Shown: piece after piece, positions 45,311-57,241 of the stretch
Layout: each line of letters opens with the position of its first letter
How positions within the stretch are numbered: the stretch's first letter is position 1
Source: Alphaproteobacteria bacterium
GTDB taxonomy: Bacteria; Pseudomonadota; Alphaproteobacteria; SMXP01
Direction: 5' to 3'
DNA: 64,000 nucleotides
Assembly (NCBI GenBank): GCA_965248815.1
Contig: CBDFKK010000006.1
Span: 300,877-364,876 of the forward strand
The notes under the pieces: generated by a model
What the model was told of the DNA's origin: nothing
Database searches by the model: none
What the model saw: the letters and a program-made list of their open reading frames with translations, nothing else
Program-made: the position numbers and the translations under genes

Positions 45311-46641
45311 GAGACACGTCCTTCAGATACAAGTTTGTTGACGGCAGCCTCCGCCGATAATTCTTCCCGGTCTCCGGTTGCTCTGTTTTTCACTTCTACC
45401 ACGCCGTTCTTTACACCTTTGGGACCCACGATCAACTGCAATGGCAATCCAATCAGATCCATATTGCTAAACTTTGAACCGGCCCGTTCATCCGTATCAT
45501 CATACAACACTTCTAGATTTGCTGCGTTAAGTTGTTCGTACACTGTCTTGCATACACCGTCAGTTTGAGCATCCCCGGCCTTCAAATTGATCAGCCCCAC
45601 GTCAAATGGAGCAACGGATTGTGGCCAAATGATGCCGGCATCGTCATGGCTTGCTTCGATAATTCCGCCCACGAGGCGGGAAACGCCGATGCCATAGGAG
45701 CCCATTTCGACGGCGATATTCTCCCCTTGGGGCCCGGTCACAACGGCGCCCATAGGTTCTGAATATTTGGTTCCAAAATTAAAAATATGACCAACCTCTA
45801 TGCCGCGCGCGCTGAGGCGGCGATCCGCAGGCACCTCGTTTTCAAATCGTTCGGAATCATGTTTTTCGTCAGTCGCTGCATAAAGACGGGTGCGCTCTTC
45901 AATCAGCGAGGTGAGATCGCTTGCATAGTCAATGTCGTCGCCTGGCGCAGCCACTTCAATGAGATCCTTATGACAGAACACTTCGCTTTCACCTGTTTCC
46001 GCCAGGATCACGAACTCATGACTCATATCACCGCCAATGGGACCTGCGTCGGCCGCCATGGGCACCGCCTTTAACCCCATGCGATCAAACGTGCGCAAGT
46101 AGGCAATGAACATTTGATTGTAAGAATGACGTGCGCTCTCTTTATCCAAATCAAATGAATATGCGTCTTTCATGAGAAATTCGCGCCCACGCATAACGCC
46201 AAAACGAGGTCTGATCTCATCGCGGAATTTCCATTGAATGTGATAGAGGTTTTTAGGCAGATCCTTGTACGAACGAACCGTACCCCTAAAAATATCGGTG
46301 ATCAGTTCCTCGTTGGTCGGTCCGTACAGCAGTTCCCGATCATGGCGATCGCTAATGCGAAGCATCTCCTGGCCGTAGTCGTCGTAGCGGTTACTTTCCC
46401 TCCAAAGGTCAGCAGGCTGTATGGTCGGCATCAAGAGCTCCACGGCACCGGCGCGATTTTGCTCTTGCCTGACGATATTTTCGATTTTTTGTAAGACGCG
46501 AAGGCCCAGAGGCAGCCAGGAATAAATCCCCGCGGCGGACTGCCTGATCATGGCTGCGCGCAGCATGAGCCGGTGCGACACGATCTGTGCTTCAGAAGGC
46601 GTTTCCTTCAATGTTGGCAAGAAGAAGCGCGATAACTTCAT
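45307..46641 (-). CDS. proS: Proline--tRNA ligase (short form without editing domain)
   Basis: [32 protein letters not shown]. Confidence 0.98.
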   Translation of the reverse strand: MKLSRFFLPTLKETPSEAQIVSHRLMLRAAMIRQSAAGIYSWLPLGLRVLQKIENIVRQEQNRAGAVELLMPTIQPADLWRESNRYDDYGQEMLRISDRHDRELLYGPTNEELITDIFRGTVRSYKDLPKNLYHIQWKFRDEIRPRFGVMRGREFLMKDAYSFDLDKESARHSYNQMFIAYLRTFDRMGLKAVPMAADAGPIGGDMSHEFVILAETGESEVFCHKDLIEVAAPGDDIDYASDLTSLIEERTRLYAATDEKHDSERFENEVPADRRLSARGIEVGHIFNFGTKYSEPMGAVVTGPQGENIAVEMGSYGIGVSRLVGGIIEASHDDAGIIWPQSVAPFDVGLINLKAGDAQTDGVCKTVYEQLNAANLEVLYDDTDERAGSKFSNMDLIGLPLQLIVGPKGVKNGVVEVKNRATGDREELSAEAAVNKLVSEGRVS

Positions 46642-46762
46642 CCAATCCTCAGTCCTGAAATTTGCGGCCGGCCAAAACCCTGAATGGGCCGCCCTCCTCT
46701 GGAGAGCGTCAATTGTTTTAGGAGAACCGGCCTCTCAAGGCAAACAGGCCTTAAGGCTAAAG

Positions 46763-47188
46763 TCAAAGCGATTGGCAAAAGGCGATGAGTGCCGTTTGTT
46801 CCTCCAAGACCAGGGCATTATCATTCAAACTGACAATGCCACTATCGAGGTCCACTGAAACTTGTCCGACCGAGCCCTCTGGTTCCAGGAGCGCGTCATC
46901 TCGAAGTTTGATCAACAGATTGAAAGTGACTTCGTTCGGAAAATTGAACTCGCTATACCCCCCGTCCAAGTCTGCCGGTGAAACCGGCTGGCCTCCAGCC
47001 CCGATTCCCGGCTTGTAGGTCACGTCGGCGCGCGGCCAATGTTGCGACAAGAGTCGGCAATCATTTTCGGAAATCACGAACAGCTTTGGCTTTGCTTGAG
47101 GAGATGGGACTTGGCCCAAAACAAGGGACACAGAGCCCACCAAGAACGACGCGAACAAAACCAATGTTGCAAAAAGCATACGGCACAT
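46763..47188 (-). CDS. Hypothetical exported protein
   Basis: Signal-like N terminus; fills the DUF1467-proS gap in operon orientation. Confidence 0.65.
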   Translation of the reverse strand: MCRMLFATLVLFASFLVGSVSLVLGQVPSPQAKPKLFVISENDCRLLSQHWPRADVTYKPGIGAGGQPVSPADLDGGYSEFNFPNEVTFNLLIKLRDDALLEPEGSVGQVSVDLDSGIVSLNDNALVLEEQTALIAFCQSL

Positions 47189-47270
47189 ACCAACACACTA
47201 GCTGCCGGGTCTTTCACAATCGTTATCGGTTCGCCTTACATTGTTCAGACGTAGCGTCACAGCCTGCCCA

Positions 47271-47519
47271 TTAACCTGCTGGCTCTAATGGTATTATTCC
47301 GCTGCCGATGGCCACGTAGATAACGCCCCACACGAAGATCGTAATGATCGTCGTAATGATTGCCTTGCGAACCAACAGGGGCTGCGACGGAGCGCCAGGC
47401 TCGGTTCCCGGCTCGACATCGCCGTCGTCACTTTGGGTTCTGACGCCCCAAGGCAGAACCATGAAGAAGATCAGCCACCAAACTATTAGAAACACAACAA
47501 GGCCGCCGACAATGTTCAC
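47271..47519 (-). CDS. DUF1467 family small membrane protein
   Basis: IVWWLIFFMVLPWGVRTQ...PGTEPGAP...KAIITT; follows mce. Confidence 0.88.
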   Translation of the reverse strand: MNIVGGLVVFLIVWWLIFFMVLPWGVRTQSDDGDVEPGTEPGAPSQPLLVRKAIITTIITIFVWGVIYVAIGSGIIPLEPAG

Positions 47520-47533
47520 GTCACTTCGCCTTG

Positions 47534-47597
47534 TTCTCTAGACCTCTTCTTCTCTAGACCTCTTCTTCTCTAGACCTCTTCTTCTCTAGACCTCTTC
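47534..47597. repeat. Perfect tandem repeat, 4 x 16 bp (TTCTCTAGACCTCTTC)
   Basis: Units start at 47534, 47550, 47566 and 47582. Confidence 0.96.
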
Positions 47598-47990
47598 GAG
47601 CTCGACTAAGGTTCCGCACAGGTCTTTTGGATGAAGAAAAATAACCGGCTTACCGTGTGCGCCAATTTTTGGTTCCCCGTCGCCGAGGATTCGCAACCCG
47701 TCTTCGATAAGCGAGTCACGCGCAGCCAATATGTCTTCCACTTCAAGGCAAATATGATGAATGCCACCGGCATTGTTCTTTTCAAGAAACCGAGTGATCG
47801 GCGACTGATCCCCAAGCGGCTCTAGCAGTTCTATTTTGGTATTCGGCAGCTCAACAAAAACCGTCGTAACGCCATGCTCAGGAACAGACACAGGATCGGA
47901 TACCTTTGCCCCGAGCACGTCTCGATAGAGTTGGGATGCCGCTTTTAAATCCGGTACTGCGATCGCCACATGGTTCAACTGACCAATCAT
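47586..47990 (-). CDS. mce: Methylmalonyl-CoA epimerase
   Basis: LNHVAIAVPD, KIELLEPLG, GIHHIC, FLHPKD, LVELEE; ATG 47990. Confidence 0.96.
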   Translation of the reverse strand: MIGQLNHVAIAVPDLKAASQLYRDVLGAKVSDPVSVPEHGVTTVFVELPNTKIELLEPLGDQSPITRFLEKNNAGGIHHICLEVEDILAARDSLIEDGLRILGDGEPKIGAHGKPVIFLHPKDLCGTLVELEEV

Positions 47991-48049
47991 AACTTCTCCC
48001 AATATTCCGTAGACAGCCCGCCATCAGTTGCCGCCCATAGATTTCAATT

Positions 48050-49744
48050 TCAAACCCTAATAATTGACACGTCGACAACCGGCTTCTTGCCGTAGCGTCG
48101 AACGACAAACTTGCGGGCGGCGCGTCCTACTAGTTGCTCAATCGCTTCGTCTTTGTCTCGCTGTTTCTTGGTCAGTTTGTCTACGACATCCTCGACGCAC
48201 TGTCCGATACCTTCCGCGAAACTTTCGTCTTCATCTAACCGGGATTCTGGAAGTCCTTGAATTTTTATTTCCGGCTCGGCCAAAATCTTTCCAAGCTGAT
48301 CAAGCGCCAAAGCGATTCCCACATAACCCACGAAAGAAATTTTGCGGCGCTCTTTGAGATGGCTTTCATCCTCATCAACGATGACATGACCGTCCACATA
48401 TAGGCGGCCGTTAGGTACTTGTTCAATTATGCGGCTATCCCCTGGGGCAATCCGGATCATCGTTCCGTTTCGAGCCGCAATAGCCTTAGGTACCTGAAGC
48501 TCCCGCGCTAATTCAGCGTGTTCAAGTAAATGCCGCGCTTCACCGTGAACGGGAATAGCTATTTCTGGACGCACCCATTGATACATCATCGTGAGTTCAT
48601 CGCGGCACGGATGGCCGGAGACATGCACGAAATGATCGCGCTCGGTAATGATCCGCACACCCATTTCTGCAAGTTTATTCTGAAGCTCATAGATCGAAAT
48701 CTCGTTTCCGGGAATGATCCGCGACGAAAAGATGACTGTATCGCCGCGTTCAAGCATGATATGGGCAAGACCTCCACTGACGATGCGGCCAAGGGCGGCG
48801 CGCTGCTCGCCTTGGCTTCCCGTACACAAATAAAGGACTTTGCTGGAAGGCAAATAACCGGCGTCCTCCTCAGCGACCATGGGCGGAAAATCCTGCAACA
48901 AGTCCACGGACCGCGCCGCTTCCACCATGCGATGCATGGAACGCCCGACGAGGCACAAATGCCGGTCATGAGCCGCAGCGACACGCGCGACCGTCTCTAA
49001 CCGGGCGACATTGGAAGCAAAGCAAGTGACCACCACCCGCCCTTTGAGCTCGCCTACTAGTTCAAGCAAACTAGCGCGCACATCCGCTTCAGAGCCCGCT
49101 ACGCCAGGCACAAAGACGTTGGTCGAATCGCAGACCATGGCCACTACGCCGTCTTGTCCGAGATTTCGCAAATAGTCTTCGTCGGCGACGTCGCCGATTA
49201 AAGGTTCAGGATCGATCTTCCAATCCCCCGTATGCAGCACACAGCCCAATGGCGTGCGCACCGCGAGTGCATTCGGTTCAGGAATGGAATGCGTCAGGGT
49301 GACCAGTTCAATATCGAAAGGGCCCAATCCGAGCCGGCCTCCTAAGGGAACGATTGTGATTTTTGCTTCGTCCTGCAGCCCGTGCTCATCCAATTTGTTG
49401 CGCACCAAAGCTGCCGTAAACGGGGTCGCGTAAATGGGGCACTTAAGCAACGGCCAAATATGAGCGACCGCGCCGATATGGTCTTCATGTCCGTGTGTGA
49501 GTATCAGTCCCAAAAGCTGATCTTTGAGTCGCAAAACATATTGAGGGTCAGCCATGATCAGCTCGACACCCGGAGTTTTTTCGTTGCCGAACGTGACCCC
49601 AAGATCGACCATGATCCATTTGCGGCGATTCGCGGGACCATAGCCGTACAGGTTCAAATTCATGCCGATTTCGCCGGCTCCACCGAGAGGCAGGAACACG
49701 AGTTCATCGTCTTTGTCGGGTGCCGCAGATTGTGGCATGAGCAA
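48050..49744 (-). CDS. rnj: Ribonuclease J
   Basis: PLGGAGEIGMN, THGHEDHIG, HTGDWK, TGSQGE, HVSGH, PVHGE. Confidence 0.96.
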   Translation of the reverse strand: MLMPQSAAPDKDDELVFLPLGGAGEIGMNLNLYGYGPANRRKWIMVDLGVTFGNEKTPGVELIMADPQYVLRLKDQLLGLILTHGHEDHIGAVAHIWPLLKCPIYATPFTAALVRNKLDEHGLQDEAKITIVPLGGRLGLGPFDIELVTLTHSIPEPNALAVRTPLGCVLHTGDWKIDPEPLIGDVADEDYLRNLGQDGVVAMVCDSTNVFVPGVAGSEADVRASLLELVGELKGRVVVTCFASNVARLETVARVAAAHDRHLCLVGRSMHRMVEAARSVDLLQDFPPMVAEEDAGYLPSSKVLYLCTGSQGEQRAALGRIVSGGLAHIMLERGDTVIFSSRIIPGNEISIYELQNKLAEMGVRIITERDHFVHVSGHPCRDELTMMYQWVRPEIAIPVHGEARHLLEHAELARELQVPKAIAARNGTMIRIAPGDSRIIEQVPNGRLYVDGHVIVDEDESHLKERRKISFVGYVGIALALDQLGKILAEPEIKIQGLPESRLDEDESFAEGIGQCVEDVVDKLTKKQRDKDEAIEQLVGRAARKFVVRRYGKKPVVDVSIIRV

Positions 49745-49745
49745 T

Positions 49746-50537
49746 TTATTGCGCGACCTTTGTTGCAGCGTCTTTGTTGCGCTTGTAGATCTCCAAAAGC
49801 CCTGAGATGGTCAAGTCCTGTTCGATATGGTCAATGACCGATGTCGCGTTTTTGAACAACCCTGCAAGTCCACCGGTCGCAATCACCGTGCACGGCTTGT
49901 CGACTTCCGCTTTAATCCTTGCCACAAGCCCTTCGATCAAGCTCACGTAACCCCAGTAAATCCCCGACCGCATGGCCTGTACGGTATCTTTACCGACAAC
50001 AGCCTGGGTCGGTTCGATCGAGATAGCAGGCAATTGTGCAGCAGCCATGTGCAATGCTTCCGCGGACAAATTTATACCGGGTGCAATCACGCCGCCCTCA
50101 TATGCGCCATCCTCGGCAATCACATCCAATGTCGTTGCCGTTCCAAAATCAATCACAATGAGCGGCCCCCGATATTGAATATGTGCCCCAACCGCGTTGA
50201 CGAGCCGATCGGCGCCGACGGCCGCCGGATCGTATACTCTAATTTCAAGTCCCAGCGAAAGCTCCGGCGATCCAACGATAAGAGGAGAGAGTTTAAACCA
50301 TTTTTGGCAAAACTCCGCTAAGTGCGATAAGGCGTGGGGAACGACGGACGCAATAATGACAACATCGATCGTGGCATGGTCAATTCCGCCCACGGCCAAG
50401 AGCTGGTTTAACGCGGCCACATACTCGTCGGCCGTCCGCTCACTATTTGTCGCAAGCCTCCATTGACCTTTGAGGCGATCTCCGTCGAATACGGCGAAAA
50501 GCGTATTTGTATTGCCCGCGTCAATCGCCAGCAGCAT
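49746..50537 (-). CDS. coaX: Type III pantothenate kinase
   Basis: AIDAGNT, GADR, DFGTATT, GGVIAPG, ATGG. Confidence 0.96.
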   Translation of the reverse strand: MLLAIDAGNTNTLFAVFDGDRLKGQWRLATNSERTADEYVAALNQLLAVGGIDHATIDVVIIASVVPHALSHLAEFCQKWFKLSPLIVGSPELSLGLEIRVYDPAAVGADRLVNAVGAHIQYRGPLIVIDFGTATTLDVIAEDGAYEGGVIAPGINLSAEALHMAAAQLPAISIEPTQAVVGKDTVQAMRSGIYWGYVSLIEGLVARIKAEVDKPCTVIATGGLAGLFKNATSVIDHIEQDLTISGLLEIYKRNKDAATKVAQ

Positions 50538-50552
50538 TACAAATTTTTCCTT

Positions 50553-51344
50553 TCACCCTTGTGGCCCGAAGAAGACTTCGCCGGCTGCAATTTTTCGCAT
50601 CTCGCCATCGGGCAAAATGAGCTGCAGCTCGCCGATTTCGGAGATGGTATCAAATACGCCGCTCAGCGTCTCATTGGGCAATCTGACGTCGATCGCCTGG
50701 CCGAGCCCTGCGGCTTTCGATAGCCACGCTTCCCGTATGGGATCAAATCCATCCCTCGCCCATTGACCATAGACCTCGTCGAAACACCGCATAAGTTGCT
50801 CCAGTGCCGCACCTGATTTGGGAGATTTCACAAACTTTGCCAACGATGTCGCTGGAAATTCCGTATCAGTCGGATACGAAATCAAATTGACACCAATTCC
50901 AATGGCCAGAGAGCTAGTGTCCGTCGAAGCGCGGATCGACTCCAAAAGAATGCCGGAAACTTTTCGCCCTTCTAATAAGACATCGTTGGGCCATTTCAAA
51001 GATACGGCCGATGCTTCGACGTGGCTTCTTATGAGTGACCCCGCGGCAAGCGAAGCCACGAATGATAATTGAGCGGCAGTTGTCAAGTCATGCTCAAGCG
51101 GGCGCAACAAAGTACAAAACAAGTTTCCAGAAAGCGATACCCACTCCCGTCCTCTGCGACCCCTTCCTGCTGTTTGGCGTTTTGCCCAAATCCACGTCGG
51201 TCCGATCACGCCATCGCGCGCCAGGCGACGCGCTTCTTCATTGGTACTGTCAATTTCATCATAGGCGCGCAACTCGTAGCCGGACGGGATATCAAGCCCG
51301 TGACCGAGAGGCGCACCTTTATATGAAGAGGGATGAGGCAACAC
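50553..51344 (-). CDS. birA: Biotin--protein ligase (no HTH domain)
   Basis: DSTN, QTAGRGRRGREW, KWPND, KVSGILLE, GIGVN. Confidence 0.96.
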   Translation of the reverse strand: MLPHPSSYKGAPLGHGLDIPSGYELRAYDEIDSTNEEARRLARDGVIGPTWIWAKRQTAGRGRRGREWVSLSGNLFCTLLRPLEHDLTTAAQLSFVASLAAGSLIRSHVEASAVSLKWPNDVLLEGRKVSGILLESIRASTDTSSLAIGIGVNLISYPTDTEFPATSLAKFVKSPKSGAALEQLMRCFDEVYGQWARDGFDPIREAWLSKAAGLGQAIDVRLPNETLSGVFDTISEIGELQLILPDGEMRKIAAGEVFFGPQG

Positions 51345-52797
51345 TATTCGTTATGCCAACCAGCCAAAAAGCGAATAAGACATAGAACAGGGTGAAAATG
51401 GTCGAAACAACTAAAACCGTATTCAATTCACTGGGAATGGGTTGGGTGAAAGGGACAGCGGGCTCATCGAAGTACATGATTTTCACGATGCGAACATAGT
51501 AATAAGCACCGACGACACTCGCCAAAACCCCAATGATCGCCAAGGCATATAGGCCCGAATTCACCGCCGCAATGAATACATAAAGCTTGGCGAAGAACCC
51601 CGCCATGGGCGGAATGCCCGCGAGAGAAAACATTAGAACAAGAAGAGCCGCCGCCATCATCGGCTGGTTCTTCCAAAGACCCGCCAATTCCTCAATGTCT
51701 TCCACCATTCCCTCTTTGCGGCGCATGGACAGGATGCAGGCAAACACGCCAAGGGTCATGGCCAGATAGATAGTTAGATAGATGAGGACACCACGGACAC
51801 CCTCTTCGGTCCCCGCCGCCAAACCCACGAGGGCATAGCCCATATGCCCGATGGAAGAATAGGCCATCAGCCGTTTGATGTTGCGCTGACCGATGGCAGC
51901 GAAAGCACCTACCACCATACTCAAGGCCGATATCGCGATAATAATCTGCTGCCATTGGGGAGACATGCCGACCTCGGCGTCTGAAAATGGCCAAATGAGG
52001 ACACGCACAAAGAGCGCCATGGCGGCGATTTTGGGGGCCGCCGAAAACAATGCGGTAACTGGCGTCGGTGCACCTTCGTAGACATCCGGCGTCCACATGT
52101 GAAAGGGAACCGCGGACACCTTGAACGCTAACCCCGCGCACAGAAAAACCAAGCCAAACGTGAGACCGACTGAAAGCTCTCCGCTCCCTAAGACAGATCG
52201 TAAGACTTCAAAATTCGTCGTGCCGGTAAACCCATAAATGAGCGAACAACCGTAAAGCAAAAGCCCCGACGACAGCGCGCCCAATACAAAATATTTCAAT
52301 CCCGCTTCAGTCGAGCGAAGACTGTCGCGATTGAACGCTGCCAAAACATAGAGCGCTAGGCTTTGTAACTCGATGCCCATATAGAGGGTAATGAGGTCGT
52401 TGGCCGAAACCATCGTGCTCATGCCCAATGAAGCGAGCAGAACGAGAATAGGATATTCGAAGCGCTCTATTTTTTCGTCACGCAAAAACCCGAGAGACAT
52501 TACAATTGCGACGGCGGAGCCGATAAAAATCAGTGCCTTAACGAAACGGCCATAGGAATCCACGACAAAACTATCGCCAAACGCGAGAAGCCGCGCCGGC
52601 TCGGGCAAGACCACGAATATTCCCGCAACCGCCAGCACAGCAACGCAGGCCCATGCGATCCATCGCGTCCAGCTATCGCCGCCAAAGACGCCGATCATAA
52701 GCAGACTCAAGGCACCGACTGCCAAAATGCACTCGGGGATAGCGAGCACTAAGCTCGTCCAGAATGTCTCCTGAGTCGAAACGGCAAAACTTTGCAT
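51319..52797 (-). CDS. nuoN: NADH-quinone oxidoreductase subunit N
   Basis: EAGLKYF, FKVSAVPFHMWTPDVYEGAP, KRLMAYSSI. Confidence 0.98.
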   Translation of the reverse strand: MQSFAVSTQETFWTSLVLAIPECILAVGALSLLMIGVFGGDSWTRWIAWACVAVLAVAGIFVVLPEPARLLAFGDSFVVDSYGRFVKALIFIGSAVAIVMSLGFLRDEKIERFEYPILVLLASLGMSTMVSANDLITLYMGIELQSLALYVLAAFNRDSLRSTEAGLKYFVLGALSSGLLLYGCSLIYGFTGTTNFEVLRSVLGSGELSVGLTFGLVFLCAGLAFKVSAVPFHMWTPDVYEGAPTPVTALFSAAPKIAAMALFVRVLIWPFSDAEVGMSPQWQQIIIAISALSMVVGAFAAIGQRNIKRLMAYSSIGHMGYALVGLAAGTEEGVRGVLIYLTIYLAMTLGVFACILSMRRKEGMVEDIEELAGLWKNQPMMAAALLVLMFSLAGIPPMAGFFAKLYVFIAAVNSGLYALAIIGVLASVVGAYYYVRIVKIMYFDEPAVPFTQPIPSELNTVLVVSTIFTLFYVLFAFWLVGITNSVASSLFI

Positions 52798-52816
52798 CTT
52801 GGCTTCTTATACCGTC

Positions 52817-54325
52817 CTAGTTTGACGTCACTGAAATGCTCTCATTGGCCTGCAGCGCCGTCGTATAGCTTGAGATCAGATTTTCAACAGAAGCGTTGGT
52901 CATATCGAAAACGGAAGCGGGATAAAACCCTAAGAAGAGCGTGGCAATGACCAAGGGCAGCAATATGGCGACCTCACGAGGCGTCAGGTCCGCGATGCTT
53001 TTCAAAGTCTCTTTTTCCAAATTCCCGAAGATCACACGCCGGTAAAGCCACAAGGCATAGCCTGCGCTTAAAATTATTCCCGTTGTGGCAAAAAATGCCG
53101 CCCACGTATTGACCTGATACACACCAACGAGAGAGGTGATTTCACCAATGAACCCGCTGGTACCCGGCAGCCCGACATTTCCCAGCGTAAACAACATGAA
53201 AATCGCAGCATAGATCGGCATGCGGTGCACGAGACCACCATAGGCCATGATTTCGCGCGTATGCATGCGGTCGTAAATAACACCTACACACAGAAACAGT
53301 GCACCTGAAATAACGCCGTGGCTGAGCATCTGAAAGATGCCGCCTTGAATGCCCTGAATGTTCGCCGAGAATATACCGAGTGTGACGAATCCCATATGAG
53401 CGACGGAGGAATAAGCGATTAGCTTTTTGATGTCCTCTTGCATCAGGGCCACCAGAGAAGTGTAAATAATGGCGATCACACTGAGAGCAAAGACAAGGGG
53501 CGCAAAGATATCCGACGCCACGGGAAACATCGGCAATGAAAAACGCAAGAACCCGTAACCACCCATTTTGAGCAAAATGCCCGCCAGAATGACAGACCCC
53601 GCCGTCGGCGCTTCGACATGAGCATCCGGCAGCCACGTATGCACCGGCCACATCGGAAGCTTAACAGCGAAGGACGCAAAGAACGCAAGCCATAGCCAGG
53701 TTTGCACTTCCGGCGCAAAATGGTGTTCGAGCAAAGTGGGAATATCGGTAGTCCCGGCGATCACATACATCGCGATTAACGCAATGAGCATCAAAACCGA
53801 ACCAAGCAACGTAAAGAGAAAGAATTTGAACGAGGCGTAGACCCGATTGCTGCAGCCCCATATCCCGATGATGATAAACATCGGAATGAGACCACCCTCG
53901 AAAAAGAGATAAAAGAGAACCAAGTCGAGCGCACAAAAGACGCCAATCATTAGCGTTTCCAATACCAAAAACGCAATCATGTATTCTTTAACGTTCGACT
54001 TAATCGCCTCCCAGCTGGCCAATATGCAGAGCGGGGTCAGGAACGTCGTCAAGATCACAAACAGGATCGAAATCCCGTCAACACCCATGTGATAATTGAT
54101 ATTACTGTCGAGCCAGGGGCGGTTGACGACAAATTGAAATCCGGCAACCGATGGATCGAATGCGAACAGGACCCACAACGAAACGAGAAATACAACCGTC
54201 GTGGTCCACAACGCGACGTAACGAGCATTCCGGTCGACGATTTTTTCGTCGCCGCTGATAGTGGCGATGAAAAGCGCACCGATCAGCGGAACAAACGTGA
54301 TGATACCGAGCCAATCCCAATTCAT
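52817..54325 (-). CDS. nuoM: NADH-quinone oxidoreductase subunit M
   Basis: [32 protein letters not shown]. Confidence 0.98.
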   Translation of the reverse strand: MNWDWLGIITFVPLIGALFIATISGDEKIVDRNARYVALWTTTVVFLVSLWVLFAFDPSVAGFQFVVNRPWLDSNINYHMGVDGISILFVILTTFLTPLCILASWEAIKSNVKEYMIAFLVLETLMIGVFCALDLVLFYLFFEGGLIPMFIIIGIWGCSNRVYASFKFFLFTLLGSVLMLIALIAMYVIAGTTDIPTLLEHHFAPEVQTWLWLAFFASFAVKLPMWPVHTWLPDAHVEAPTAGSVILAGILLKMGGYGFLRFSLPMFPVASDIFAPLVFALSVIAIIYTSLVALMQEDIKKLIAYSSVAHMGFVTLGIFSANIQGIQGGIFQMLSHGVISGALFLCVGVIYDRMHTREIMAYGGLVHRMPIYAAIFMLFTLGNVGLPGTSGFIGEITSLVGVYQVNTWAAFFATTGIILSAGYALWLYRRVIFGNLEKETLKSIADLTPREVAILLPLVIATLFLGFYPASVFDMTNASVENLISSYTTALQANESISVTSN

Positions 54326-56292
54326 TGGATCACTCCGATGGCCCGAGCGTAATAGAAGGTTATGAGCAGCGCGATGCCGATCAACATTGCAAAGGCATAG
54401 TGATAGACAAATCCAGTCTGTAGCTTCACGACGCGCCTTGTCGTTTCCAGCACTGCCTTCGCAACTCCATCAGGACCAAATCCGTCGATCACCCAGCCGT
54501 CACCTTGTTTCCAAAGGAAATACCCCAACCGTTTGGCAGGCCGGACGAAAACAAAATCGTACAACTCGTCGAAATACCACTTGTTGAGAAGGAACTGATA
54601 AAGGAAGCCATCATCCCTGATGAACCGCGCTGGCAATTCTGGTGAGCGCACATACCACAACCAAGCCCATCCAAGACCGAGGACGGTCATGACGAGCGGC
54701 GCCCAGAAGACCCAGGTATCATGTAGTTCGTTCTTGAGATCGAGCGCAGAGACTTCCGCAACATTTAAGATTGACGCGCCCCAAAACGTTTCCCGCTCTG
54801 GTCCGATAAAACCGCTATAAAACAAGACGCCAGCGAAGACGGCGCCGATCGCGAGCAAGACGAGCGGGATCATCATGACCGGAGGCGATTCATGAACCTG
54901 GCCCATGACCTCCATAGGCGCCCGCGATTTTCCAAAGAAGGTCATGAAGAGCAGCCGCCAAGAGTAGAACGATGTCATGGCCGCCGCAGTCAAGCCAAAC
55001 CAAAAAGCAAACGTGCCGACAGGAGTGTGAACCGCATAAGCGACTTCGATAATGGCATCTTTCGAAACGAAGCCGGAGAAACCGATGATCGAGTGAGGCC
55101 AGCCGATGCCAGTAATCGAGATTGTCGCCAACAACATCACTACAAATGTCCATGGCAAATGCCTATAAAGCCCGCCCATGTTGCGCATGTCCTGCTCGTC
55201 GCTCAGCGTGTGAATGACAGACCCTGCGCCCAAAAACAGTAGTGCCTTGAAGAAGGCGTGCGTAAACAGGTGAAACATCGCGGCCTGATAGGCGCCGACG
55301 CCGGCAGCAAAGAACATGTACCCTAACTGACTACAGGTTGAGTATGCGACGACCCGCTTGATGTCATTCTGAACCAGGCCGATGCTCGCCGCGAATAAGG
55401 CCGTCACGGCACCGACAACGGTCACAACCGCAAGTGCTACAGGCGCATACTCGAACAAATAAGAACAACGGCAGATCAGAAAAACGCCAGCGGTTACCAT
55501 GGTTGCCGCATGTATAAGAGCCGACACAGGCGTCGGGCCCTCCATGGCATCGGGCAACCACGTATGGAGAAGAAACTGCGCCGACTTGCCCATAGCGCCC
55601 AGGAATAGGAGTAAGCAAATCGTAGTCAAGATGTCGACGTTAAGGCCTAAAAATTCAAAACTCTGGCCGGCCATCTCCGGCGCCATTTCAAAAACCGTAT
55701 CGAAGTCGACGGACCCGAATACTAAGTAAATCGCCATGATGCCCAGAGCAAAGCCGAAGTCACCCACGCGATTCACGATGAAAGCTTTTATGGCGGCAGC
55801 ATTGGCCGATGGCTTTGTGTACCAAAAGCCAATCAGCAGATAGGACGCGAGCCCCACCCCTTCCCAACCGAAGAACAACTGCATGAAATTGTCGGCGGTC
55901 ACCAGCATTAACATGGCGAATGTGAACAGCGACAGATATGCAAAAAAGCGCGATCGATGCGGGTCGTGGCTCATATAACCGATGGAATAGATATGAACGA
56001 GCGACGACACAACATTGACGACGACGAGCATCACCACCGTAAGTGTGTCGATGCGAAGCGCCCAATCGGCTTCGAATGAGCCCACATCGAACCATCGAAA
56101 GATTGTGACGGGCTCGTCCGGCGCCAGGCCCAAAACTGCAACGCGATAGAAAGCGACGCATGACAATAATGCCGCAATGACCATAAACGAGCAGGTCACG
56201 ACCTCGGAGCCACGATGCGTAAGCCAGCGGCCAAACAGGCCCGCAAGCAAGGCGCCCACCGCAGGCAGGAAAACGATCATTTGATAAAGCAT
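54322..56292 (-). CDS. nuoL: NADH-quinone oxidoreductase subunit L
   Basis: [42 protein letters not shown]. Confidence 0.98.
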   Translation of the reverse strand: MLYQMIVFLPAVGALLAGLFGRWLTHRGSEVVTCSFMVIAALLSCVAFYRVAVLGLAPDEPVTIFRWFDVGSFEADWALRIDTLTVVMLVVVNVVSSLVHIYSIGYMSHDPHRSRFFAYLSLFTFAMLMLVTADNFMQLFFGWEGVGLASYLLIGFWYTKPSANAAAIKAFIVNRVGDFGFALGIMAIYLVFGSVDFDTVFEMAPEMAGQSFEFLGLNVDILTTICLLLFLGAMGKSAQFLLHTWLPDAMEGPTPVSALIHAATMVTAGVFLICRCSYLFEYAPVALAVVTVVGAVTALFAASIGLVQNDIKRVVAYSTCSQLGYMFFAAGVGAYQAAMFHLFTHAFFKALLFLGAGSVIHTLSDEQDMRNMGGLYRHLPWTFVVMLLATISITGIGWPHSIIGFSGFVSKDAIIEVAYAVHTPVGTFAFWFGLTAAAMTSFYSWRLLFMTFFGKSRAPMEVMGQVHESPPVMMIPLVLLAIGAVFAGVLFYSGFIGPERETFWGASILNVAEVSALDLKNELHDTWVFWAPLVMTVLGLGWAWLWYVRSPELPARFIRDDGFLYQFLLNKWYFDELYDFVFVRPAKRLGYFLWKQGDGWVIDGFGPDGVAKAVLETTRRVVKLQTGFVYHYAFAMLIGIALLITFYYARAIGVIQ

Positions 56293-56307
56293 TAGAGTGC
56301 CGCTTCC

Positions 56308-56616
56308 CTAGCCCTTCATCAGATTGATGTTTTCAACATCAATGTTGCCGCGATTGCGGAAATAAACCACCAAAATGGCGAGCCCCACGGCCGCCTCGGC
56401 CGCCGCCACTGTTAAGACGAATAACGCAAAGACCTGACCTACGAGATCTCCGAGGTGCGACGAGAAGGCGACCAAATTGATATTGACCGCCAGAAGCATC
56501 AGCTCAATCGACATTAAAATGATGATGACGTTCTTGCGATTGAGAAAAATGCCAAAGATACCGAGGGTAAAAAGCATCGCCGCAACAGTCAGGTAGTGGC
56601 CGAGGCCAATGATCAT
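56308..56616 (-). CDS. nuoK: NADH-quinone oxidoreductase subunit K
   Basis: [23 protein letters not shown]; ATG 56616. Confidence 0.97.
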   Translation of the reverse strand: MIIGLGHYLTVAAMLFTLGIFGIFLNRKNVIIILMSIELMLLAVNINLVAFSSHLGDLVGQVFALFVLTVAAAEAAVGLAILVVYFRNRGNIDVENINLMKG

Positions 56617-56626
56617 GCGCGACTCC

Positions 56627-57241
56627 CTAAATCCCTTGCCCAGGTTTGACCTGAACAAGTTCAACGCCATCTTCCCGCCGCCGCCCGACTTGATCGGCGA
56701 TTACCTGCCTGCGCACGCCTTCGCGGGTTCGAAGCGTGAGCACGATGGCGCCAATCATTGCAATCAGGAGCACGATTCCCGATGCCTGAAAAAGAAAGAT
56801 GTAGTTGGTATATATAATGTCGCCGAGAGCGCCCGTGTTGGTTTGTTGGGCAACCGGCGGCGCGGGAAATGCAGCCACAGATGCTACTTCTGGCGCGATA
56901 CTCGTGACGCTCAAAACCAGCATCAGTTCCAACAACACGACGAGACCGATAAGCGCGCCTACCGGTAAGTACTGCAGAAATCCTTGTCGGAGCTCAACAA
57001 AATCGATGTCGAGCATCATCACCACAAAGAGAAACAACACGGCAACGGCCCCGACATAGACGATGACGAGGATCAAAGCCAAAAACTCAGCACCAAGCAG
57101 AACAAATAGGCCGGCCGCATTGAAGAAAGCAAGAATGAGAAACAATACCGAGTGAACTGGATTGCGCGCAGCGATCACCATGAAGCCGGCCGCTACAATG
57201 ACCGCCGCAAAGATGTAAAAGGCAATAGCTTGCAAAATCAT
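56627..57241 (-). CDS. nuoJ: NADH-quinone oxidoreductase subunit J
   Basis: [26 protein letters not shown]. Confidence 0.97.
   Translation of the reverse strand: MILQAIAFYIFAAVIVAAGFMVIAARNPVHSVLFLILAFFNAAGLFVLLGAEFLALILVIVYVGAVAVLFLFVVMMLDIDFVELRQGFLQYLPVGALIGLVVLLELMLVLSVTSIAPEVASVAAFPAPPVAQQTNTGALGDIIYTNYIFLFQASGIVLLIAMIGAIVLTLRTREGVRRQVIADQVGRRREDGVELVQVKPGQGI

Noticed and set aside
47534-47597. Possible mini CRISPR array
   Set aside because: Units are 16 bp and contiguous with no spacers, and no cas genes are present.
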